DNA of 5,001 nucleotides from a virus: the IMG/VR virus record IMGVR_UViG_3300045988_000140, positions 1-5,001 of that record; one strand, given 5' to 3'. This document shows, piece after piece, positions 1 to 4,977 of the stretch. The notes under the pieces are model-generated. The model saw nothing but the letters and a program-made list of their open reading frames with translations, was not told the DNA's origin and did not search any database. A program made the position numbers and the translations under genes. How positions within the stretch are numbered: position 1 is the first letter of the stretch; each line of letters begins with the position of its first letter.

Positions 1-55
1 GATGCTGAGTAGAACGATTAACAGAAGACATGTACTTATCCAATAGCTATAGATA
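1..55. repeat. Terminal redundancy from circular wrap: 1..55 is identical to 4947..5001, giving a 4946-nt unit genome
   Basis: Direct base-by-base comparison: gatgctgagtagaacgattaacagaagacatgtacttatccaatagctatagata occurs at both ends. Bases 1..31 duplicate the first codons of VP1 on the - strand (ATG at 31..29 corresponds to 4977..4975). Confidence 0.95.
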
Positions 56-102
56 ACAAAAAAGGCGGCTAAGTCCGAAAGCCCTCTCGACCTAACCGCC
101 TT
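55..102 (-). terminator. Rho-independent-terminator-like hairpin with U-tract, about 26 nt upstream of the VP1 start
   Basis: Coding strand reads AAGGCGGUUAGGUC-GAGAGGGCUUUCG-GACUUAGCCGCCUU followed by UUUUGUU. Bases 62..68 pair perfectly with 96..102 (aaggcgg/ccgcctt). As RNA the stem extends to 14 bp with two G.U pairs (69..75 with 89..95). The A-run 58..63 on + gives 6 U on the coding strand. Confidence 0.5.
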
Positions 103-150
103 ACGGCTCTAAAACCAAGACTTAAAAAGCTTTATCACCGTAGGGCAAAG

Positions 151-178
151 CATATACCACAAGTCAAAGAGAAAGCAA
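151..178 (-). promoter_or_regulatory. Weak candidate sigma70-type promoter with an extended -10
   Basis: Coding strand reads TTGCTT (178..173), a 16-nt spacer ending in TGG, then TATATG (156..151), i.e. TGnTATATG. Judged by eye only and the host is unknown. It sits upstream of the 55..102 hairpin and VP1. Confidence 0.2.
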
Positions 179-190
179 ACATTCGAGCAG

Positions 191-277
191 TGCGTTGGGT
201 ACCCGCACGTGCATCGGGGTGTCACCGGAACCAGTTACATCAAGTAAGTAACTGGTTCCGGTGTGTACCCGTACGCA
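191..277. other. Compound stem-loop: perfect 16-bp inverted repeat with a 9-nt loop, flanked by 11-nt direct repeats; candidate origin or ssDNA structural element
   Basis: Arm 223..238 caccggaaccagttac is the exact reverse complement of 248..263 gtaactggttccggtg, with loop 239..247. Outer pairings are 197..202 gggtac with 265..270 gtaccc, and 191..195 tgcgt with 273..277 acgca. Direct repeat gtacccgcacg (199..209) matches gtacccgtacg (265..275) at 10 of 11 positions. Confidence 0.8.
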
Positions 278-293
278 AATCGTTGAGATATCT

Positions 294-331
294 AAAAAAA
301 GAACCATCTTACCAAGGTGGGTAAAATGGTT
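294..331 (-). terminator. Rho-independent-terminator-like hairpin with a U7 tract downstream of VP3
   Basis: Coding strand reads AACCAUUUUACC-CACCUU-GGUAAGAUGGUU, then C, then UUUUUUU. Bases 302..313 pair with 320..331 (11 bp with one mismatch at 308/325). The A7 run at 294..300 on + gives U7 on the coding strand. The position after the last gene of the coding block is appropriate for a terminator. Confidence 0.55.
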
Positions 332-334
332 TTG

Positions 335-356
335 GAGGGATGATAAATCATCCCTC
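335..356. other. Stem-loop immediately downstream of the VP3 stop
   Basis: gagggatgat (335..344) is the exact reverse complement of atcatccctc (347..356), which is effectively a 9-bp stem with a 4-nt loop. No U-tract follows on the coding strand. Confidence 0.6.
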
Positions 357-373
357 ATAGAGGTTATTAGTAA

Positions 374-823
374 TTACCCGTTGTTGTCAGAAGCAGACGG
401 TTTAACCTCGGTCGACGGAGCGGGCTGAGGTTCTTTAGAAGACTCAGGAGACTTAACTTCTTCAGAAGCGACAAAGCCAAGATCTTCAAGCTTACTCCTC
501 TGTTCAGGATCATTGAGCGCCTGAAGGAACTCAGATGGAGAATTATTGAAAGAGGCACGAATGCGGGACGGAAGGCTTTCAAAGTATTCAGTTGCACGAG
601 CAATAGCATTCTGAGCAGTCTGAAAATCTGTGACGTCAGAAAAGTCACCAAACTGAATTGGACGCTTCGGCGTAAAAGGATCAGTCAAAAAACCGGTCTC
701 AGCATACTTCTGAAGAATATTGTCGATCATGGTCTCATCTTTAAAGTGCTGTTGAGTCATCGACGGTTCAGTAAAGACAATGCCTTCGGCAGTAGCGTTT
801 GTGTGATTAATTTTGAACTTCAT
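374..823 (-). CDS. VP3: Internal scaffolding protein VP3 (149 aa from ATG 823)
   Basis: The ORF track gives 374..859. The 859 start is TTG with no correctly spaced SD. ATG at 823 has GGAG (832..829) 5 nt upstream. The sequence SMTQQHFKDE...IDNILQKY..TG....P.QFGDF..V.DF..A.N...A...F..LP..IR..F.N.P.EFL matches my recollection of gokushovirus VP3 scaffold proteins. The acidic/Ser/Pro-rich C-terminal tail fits that family. Stop is TAA at 374..376. Confidence 0.85.
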   Translation of the reverse strand: MKFKINHTNATAEGIVFTEPSMTQQHFKDETMIDNILQKYAETGFLTDPFTPKRPIQFGDFSDVTDFQTAQNAIARATEYFESLPSRIRASFNNSPSEFLQALNDPEQRSKLEDLGFVASEEVKSPESSKEPQPAPSTEVKPSASDNNG

Positions 824-835
824 ATAAGCTCCATA

Positions 836-864
836 CAAAAAAGTCCTCGCACTGCGCAAGGACT
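836..864 (-). terminator. Terminator- or attenuator-like hairpin with T-run between VP5 and VP3
   Basis: Coding strand reads AGUCCUUGCG-CAG-UGCGAGGACU (864..842). That gives 8 Watson-Crick pairs and 2 G.U pairs around a 3-nt loop, followed by UUUUUG (841..836). It lies directly upstream of the VP3 SD. Confidence 0.4.
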
Positions 865-885
865 GATTAGAAGAATCTCCGTATT

Positions 886-931
886 GCGGCCGCGTCTGTA
901 CTTAGACTTCGGCCTTAGCAGGCGCGGCCGC
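886..931. repeat. Two GCGGCCGC octamers (886..893 and 924..931) bracketing the VP5 stop codon
   Basis: Read directly from the sequence. gcggccgcg (886..894) is the reverse complement of cgcggccgc (923..931), giving a potential 9-bp all-G/C stem with a 28-nt loop that contains the VP5 TAA (902..904). Confidence 0.7.
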
Positions 932-1192
932 TTTGGAGTCCTCAATCGTAGAAACAAAAGCAGTCGCGGCAGCAATCTGTGTCGGGGCAGAGGCTACAAG
1001 CTCTCCAGTCTCATCAGAGTACTGACCAATCTCATAAAGAAAGAAATCGTCGGGATGCTGACCAACGGTAGTGCGACTATCACGAACGAGATCAGAAAAA
1101 GACCGAGATGCATCAGCTGCAGAACGGCTGAAGAACGGCGTATTAAAAACCTGAAGTTTAGAGTCGAAAACGGAAAAAACCTTAAGGATCAT
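902..1192 (-). CDS. VP5: VP5-like small non-structural protein (96 aa)
   Basis: The N-terminus MILKVFSVFDSKLQVFNTPFF.RS...A.RSF.D matches my recollection of gokushovirus or chlamydiaphage VP5/ORF5 proteins. The ATG overlaps the VP4 stop as ATGA (1189..1192), which suggests translational coupling. Its position between VP4 and VP3 is canonical. Confidence 0.8.
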   Translation of the reverse strand: MILKVFSVFDSKLQVFNTPFFSRSAADASRSFSDLVRDSRTTVGQHPDDFFLYEIGQYSDETGELVASAPTQIAAATAFVSTIEDSKAAAPAKAEV

Positions 1193-2106
1193 GATTGATT
1201 CTCTTCCATAACGCGTCTGAGTTTAGCGGCTTTCAGTTCTTGGACGCGTTCACGAACTGAGAGACGTTGCGGCGAAGCTTCGCCAGTATCTTCAAAATCG
1301 CGACCTCGCTTTTCGCGAAGACGCTTAATCTCTTCATAACGAACAATATCAGAACGCTCCAACAACTTATCAAAATAAGCTGGAGGATTCATCATAATCT
1401 TCTCGCTAAGAATAAGTCGATCATTAGTATAAATATCAGTCATGTACTTTTCACAAAAGTCATGACCAATGCCAGGTTTCAAAGAGCAATGACAAAATTC
1501 AGCAACCTTACCATCGTAATGCTCAAGCTTCAAAGGACCTGTAATTTTCTTCGTAACATAACGAGCGACATAAGCGGCAGTCTCAAAGTTGACTGAACCA
1601 ATCGAACTAAAACCATACGGCCAAAGTTTCTCAAGCGTACGGCTACGATATAAGTTATTGCCTCGACGAATCGACCAGAGCTGTTTATCTACAAAAGTAA
1701 CGCCAAAAATTATGGCGTGATAGTGAGGACGACCAAGCTTATCGCCATACTCACCACACATGAAAAAGCGAAGCTGTTGACCAAAACGGCTCATGAAGTA
1801 TTTACGCATGCGCTTCATGAACAGCTGAAAATGCTCGTAATGAAGTGAGCCATCTTCAGGCAAGTGAGCATCGTCATAAGTCAACGTAAGAAACATGTTG
1901 TTCTTATGTGACTTAGCTTCAACAACACATCGAGCGGCCCATTCACGAGACTTAGAAAGACGACAACCAATGCATTGACCGCAAGGAATCTTAAACTCAG
2001 AAAACGGAATAGCCTTCGAAGGATCAAAGGTTACAGCGTTGCGAGTACCGTCTTTAGTCTTAGATCCGGCGAGTCGATAAGCCGTTATCGGGTGAAAGCA
2101 AGGCAT
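1189..2106 (-). CDS. VP4: Replication initiation protein VP4 (HUH rolling-circle endonuclease, 305 aa)
   Basis: Motif 1 is FLTLTY (aa 72-77). The HUH motif PHYHAIIF has HYH at aa 128-130, and nt 1725..1717 read CAC TAT CAC. The catalytic Tyr motif is AAYVARYVTKK (aa 177-187). A Cys cluster PCGQCIGC lies near the N-terminus. The stop overlaps the VP5 start. Confidence 0.93.
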   Translation of the reverse strand: MPCFHPITAYRLAGSKTKDGTRNAVTFDPSKAIPFSEFKIPCGQCIGCRLSKSREWAARCVVEAKSHKNNMFLTLTYDDAHLPEDGSLHYEHFQLFMKRMRKYFMSRFGQQLRFFMCGEYGDKLGRPHYHAIIFGVTFVDKQLWSIRRGNNLYRSRTLEKLWPYGFSSIGSVNFETAAYVARYVTKKITGPLKLEHYDGKVAEFCHCSLKPGIGHDFCEKYMTDIYTNDRLILSEKIMMNPPAYFDKLLERSDIVRYEEIKRLREKRGRDFEDTGEASPQRLSVRERVQELKAAKLRRVMEENQS

Positions 2107-2315
2107 TTTTCAAGACACGTAATATGAAGCTCACGAAGAATCGTCTCACGAGAAGAGCGAAAACGAACCTGAAATGAACAAAGAGCGACCCAAGGGCGAT
2201 CGCGATAAAGCGTCCAGGTCACCAACTTGCGACGACCAACATAGCTTTCTTCGCCAGGGATAAGCCAGCAGACGCCAAAGTCTTTAAGAGTCAAACGAAA
2301 AGCCGCAGTAGCCAT
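2085..2315 (-). CDS. Hypothetical protein, 76 aa, overlapping the VP4 start by 22 nt in another frame
   Basis: ATG start at 2315. By hand count 38 of 76 codons end in T with strong CGT/CTT/GCT usage, resembling the neighbouring genes. The ORF fills otherwise unassigned space between the J-like gene and VP4. I recognise no motif. The only SD-like sequence is a weak GGAA 8 nt upstream. Confidence 0.5.
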   Translation of the reverse strand: MATAAFRLTLKDFGVCWLIPGEESYVGRRKLVTWTLYRDRPWVALCSFQVRFRSSRETILRELHITCLEKCLAFTR

Positions 2316-2390
2316 AGCGCAGTTCCAAATGAAATTGAGATGTTCAAAATGATAACTATGACAACCGCGGCAGGTAACCAGGGTTAACGC

Positions 2391-2513
2391 TTAAATGCGG
2401 AAACCGCCGCGCATAGGCGTAGCACGAGTATTCAAAGTCTTCGTACGTGATGCACCTTTACGGAAAATACGCTTAGATACCTTACGAGAAAGCTTATGAC
2501 GACGACGAGACAT
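2391..2513 (-). CDS. Small basic DNA-binding/packaging protein (40 aa), analogous to phiX174 J and chlamydiaphage ORF8
   Basis: Hand translation gives MSRRRHKLSRKVSKRIFRKGASRTKTLNTRATPMRGGFRI*. Fifteen of 40 residues are K/R and there is no D/E. The C-terminal PMRGGFR(I/L) and internal RLF/RIF-RKGA pattern match my recollection of gokushovirus ORF8-type proteins. GAGG (2522..2519) lies 5 nt upstream of the ATG. It is too short for the supplied ORF track. Confidence 0.8.
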   Translation of the reverse strand: MSRRRHKLSRKVSKRIFRKGASRTKTLNTRATPMRGGFRI

Positions 2514-2520
2514 ATAAACC

Positions 2521-2619
2521 TCACTTTTTAAAAAGTTTCTTAACAGCCTTAAAGGCCTCCCAAATAGCTGAACCAGAGTTCAGCAAAACATTAACGAACT
2601 TTAAGATCGTATCTATCAT
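2521..2619 (-). CDS. Candidate micro-ORF, 32 aa, cationic amphipathic peptide
   Basis: Hand translation gives MIDTILKFVNVLLNSGSAIWEAFKAVKKLFKK*. The ATG overlaps the VP2 stop as ATGA (2616..2619). Its TGA (2523..2521) lies inside the GTGAGG SD of the J-like gene, so the ORF fills the VP2-J gap exactly. It has no SD of its own and I recognise no homolog. Confidence 0.4.
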   Translation of the reverse strand: MIDTILKFVNVLLNSGSAIWEAFKAVKKLFKK

Positions 2620-3239
2620 TTCGCAAGATGAGCGGCACCAACAGCGGAATTTGTAAGCGGCGCAGTCGAATTAAAAGGATTAATCAAATTCATCCACTGT
2701 CCAAACTTCCAAGCGCTAGAGTGCTCTTTCATATAATCAAAAGCTAACTTCTGCTTCTCAGAAGCAATAGCAGAATTCTGAGTCATGAATTTCGCTTGCT
2801 TCAAATTCTCTTCTTGAATCTTATTAGCAATCTCTTGACCTTTCGTTTGAGACCACATCAAATTTGAAGAAGAATCAGCAGCAACAGACTGAGCGCGTTT
2901 CAAACCAGCATCTGCTTGAAGAGCCGAATTCTGAACGTAAGTCTGTTTTTCCAAAGCATCTTTCAAATTCTTCTCAGAGTGCTGAGTTGACGTTTCAGCA
3001 CCAGACTTGAAAGCGCCAGCTAAATCAGGAGCGACGATCGGAGGCGCGTTGCCAGGAGTGCCAGAACCGCCAGTGGCAGACAGAATAGGATTAAGGCCAG
3101 CTTTACGCATATCAGCAACTTCCCACTGATGCCTATTCTGCATCGCTTCTTTCTGATGCTTCCAACCAAAATAAGCTGATAAGGCGGAACTACCTAAATT
3201 AGCGACTCCGCCAATTGCTTCTGCCCAAGGGAATCCCAT
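2616..3239 (-). CDS. VP2: Minor capsid / DNA pilot protein VP2 (207 aa)
   Basis: The N-terminal Gly/Ala/Ser-rich segment followed by Q.RH.WEVADMRKAGLNPIL matches my recollection of the conserved motif of microvirus pilot (H/VP2) proteins. The remainder is rich in Q/A/K/E, and by eye looks suited to a coiled coil. AGGA lies 7 nt upstream of the ATG. The position directly after VP1 is canonical. Confidence 0.85.
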   Translation of the reverse strand: MGFPWAEAIGGVANLGSSALSAYFGWKHQKEAMQNRHQWEVADMRKAGLNPILSATGGSGTPGNAPPIVAPDLAGAFKSGAETSTQHSEKNLKDALEKQTYVQNSALQADAGLKRAQSVAADSSSNLMWSQTKGQEIANKIQEENLKQAKFMTQNSAIASEKQKLAFDYMKEHSSAWKFGQWMNLINPFNSTAPLTNSAVGAAHLAK

Positions 3240-3240
3240 A

Positions 3241-3303
3241 TCACTGTCCTAAAGCAAAGATAACAACAGTGCCAACAACGGCAAGCCAAATAACTAAAGC
3301 CAT
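3241..3303 (-). CDS. Candidate micro-ORF, 20 aa, single hydrophobic (transmembrane-like) helix
   Basis: Hand translation gives MALVIWLAVVGTVVIFALGQ*. A consensus SD AAGGAG overlaps the VP1 stop (TAAGGAGTTGTTATG, 5-nt spacing). This SD is too far upstream (over 60 nt) to serve VP2. The TGA stop lies 1 nt before the VP2 ATG (TGAtATG). Confidence 0.5.
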   Translation of the reverse strand: MALVIWLAVVGTVVIFALGQ

Positions 3304-3312
3304 AACAACTCC

Positions 3313-4977
3313 TTAGAAGTGATCAACCAAGCCAGGCACTGAATACACAGGTATCGGACGAGCACACTTCAAACGAATATACGAGTCAAACAAAAACTGT
3401 GGCTCATCCTGAACGGCGATTACACGCTCGACTGGCGGATTATCTTCAATGAATTGCGACGAAAGCGTTGGCAAAGAGCTGAACTTCTGCGATAAATGCC
3501 AGCTGTCAAGCGGCTGCGGATCGGTCGACCGGAACTTGCCAGTGATCTGGCCAGGGTAATAGCGATACTCTGCATAACGCTCTTGATAGCCAAAGACCTT
3601 ATCGTCATCAGCAGTGCCTTGAGCATAGATCTCCTTATTGAGAACAGCTTGTTCGCCAAGATGCGCCAACACAGGCCAATAGAAGTCAAAACGACCTTGA
3701 CGAGACCACATGCGGTTCAAACCTTGCTGGTAAGTCAGGTCAGCGCGGACATTCACAAAACCAAAAACATAGCCATGCTCAACAAAGGACTTAGAGAATC
3801 CATGGAAGGAATCTGAACAAACACCATATGCCGCAAGATTACCCTGAGGAGTCGTTTCATTCGTAGCTGAAGTCTGCTGGACAGGATTGATCGAAATGCG
3901 AGCAGATGAACCACCAAGGTACTCAGGACGTTGGAGACGCGCATCAGGCGAGATTACGCCAAAGTGCGAACGCAAGATCTCTGTGTAGCGCGTACCACCG
4001 CGAGCATCACGTTCATAGAGCTTTTGAATCTGGAAAGCTTGGCGAAGATCGTTGATCGAAATCGGAGTAGCACTAGACAAATCAGCGAACATATTGTCAT
4101 GTAAAACTAGACCACGACCAGCATAAAAAGAAATTCTACCTGGATCCGAAGGGTTATCTGCAGTAAGTGTCACAGGAAAGGATTTAATAACATTACTCCA
4201 AGGCTGATCCTTCGCACCTAAAGTGACAGGATCAGTGTAATTAACAGGATAAGCTCTAGACCAATTGGAAACAGAATAAATACCGTTATCAACATGATAC
4301 GAACCGAACTGAGCTGCCAAAGTGATATCGCCATAAACATTCGCACGGCCACCAAGCGAAATCTCCACGCCAGGTCCCTTTTGCGGCCACGGCAAACATG
4401 ACGTGAAATAGTCATGACGCTTGCCACGACGAACTAAGCTGTAGTCAGACAAATTGTCAGGACCATCGTCGGTTGGAACCTTCAAAGATTCTTGAAGATT
4501 CTCATCTCTAAACCATTCATTAAAAATAAGGTTATAAGCGCGGAAGGGAAGCGCATTAACCTTAAGCGCTTCATTCACATTGGTCGGAAGACCGAAATAG
4601 TCCCACAAGGTCTGATTCTGAACATTCGTGCCGGAAACCGTAGGAATCAAAAAGTCTGTAGAGTCAGTCGGATTTTTCTGCTCACCATTGAACTTCTGCC
4701 AGTTGTCCCAAACAAGACGATTGGGAACAAAAAAGAAAAAAGTCTCCAGATAAAGATTGTCCATAAAAGGAACAATCGGCGTAGCCAAACGAGCAAACAA
4801 AGTAGCAGTCAGCTTAAAGCTATCACCGGGAAGAACTTCGTCGACGTAAAAAGGTACAAGAAAACCGGAGTCAAAAGTTGTCTTATATCCATGAGAACGG
4901 TCAAAGACCGATCGAGGAATCTGAGTCGAAGGAATCTGAGAGAACAGATGCTGAGTAGAACGATTAACAGAAGACAT
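3313..4977 (-). CDS. VP1: Major capsid protein VP1 (554 aa from ATG 4977)
   Basis: The N-terminus ...FSQIPSTQIPRSVFDRSHGYKTTFDSGFLVPFYVDEVLPGDSF matches my recollection of Gokushovirinae VP1. So do the internal CLPWPQKG and INDLRQAFQIQKLYERDARGGTRYTEILRSHFGV motifs and the C-terminal PIPVYSVPGLVDHF*. The track start at 4989 is TTG. ATG at 4977 (MSSVNRST...) is preferred. Confidence 0.95.
   Translation of the reverse strand: MSSVNRSTQHLFSQIPSTQIPRSVFDRSHGYKTTFDSGFLVPFYVDEVLPGDSFKLTATLFARLATPIVPFMDNLYLETFFFFVPNRLVWDNWQKFNGEQKNPTDSTDFLIPTVSGTNVQNQTLWDYFGLPTNVNEALKVNALPFRAYNLIFNEWFRDENLQESLKVPTDDGPDNLSDYSLVRRGKRHDYFTSCLPWPQKGPGVEISLGGRANVYGDITLAAQFGSYHVDNGIYSVSNWSRAYPVNYTDPVTLGAKDQPWSNVIKSFPVTLTADNPSDPGRISFYAGRGLVLHDNMFADLSSATPISINDLRQAFQIQKLYERDARGGTRYTEILRSHFGVISPDARLQRPEYLGGSSARISINPVQQTSATNETTPQGNLAAYGVCSDSFHGFSKSFVEHGYVFGFVNVRADLTYQQGLNRMWSRQGRFDFYWPVLAHLGEQAVLNKEIYAQGTADDDKVFGYQERYAEYRYYPGQITGKFRSTDPQPLDSWHLSQKFSSLPTLSSQFIEDNPPVERVIAVQDEPQFLFDSYIRLKCARPIPVYSVPGLVDHF

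Noticed and set aside
164-358. A 64-aa - strand ORF (MRDDLSSLQNHF...) spanning the non-coding region
   Set aside because: It runs straight through three stem-loops, and its ATG lies inside the 335..356 hairpin. It has no SD. It uses AGG, CGG and GGA codons, and only about one third of its codons end in T, compared with about half in the real genes. The region is better explained as structured non-coding DNA.
56-373. Search for a dif-like XerC/XerD site (GGTGCGCATAA-TGTATA-TTATGTTAAAT type) or other lysogeny signal, as described for enterobacterial gokushovirus prophages
   Set aside because: By eye I found no convincing match to the conserved XerD arm TTATGTTAAAT or its complement, either here or in the 2316..2390 gap. 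No integrase is encoded. A divergent dif motif for a non-enteric host cannot be excluded without a profile search.
367-651. A 94-aa Leu-rich - strand ORF embedded in VP3
   Set aside because: It lies in the +1 frame of VP3, where the T-rich third positions of VP3 become second codon positions. That composition gives L/I/F-rich artefactual translations. It has no SD, and its low-complexity LLS/LLK repeats mirror the acidic/Ser-rich VP3 tail.
2316-2390. A 75-nt gap between the J-like gene and ORF76, examined for a promoter or structure (TTGTCA hexamer, GGTTAACC/GGTTACC, CCGCGG palindrome)
   Set aside because: No acceptable -10 element lies at proper spacing from TTGTCA. The short palindromes form only 4-5 bp stems with loops that are too tight. 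There is not enough evidence to call a feature.
3420-3944. Two further - strand ORFs embedded in VP1 (3420..3689, 89 aa; 3753..3944, 63 aa)
   Set aside because: Both are in the same +1 frame relative to VP1 and show the same composition-driven L/I/R/S richness. Neither has an RBS or a clear TM-plus-charged-domain architecture.
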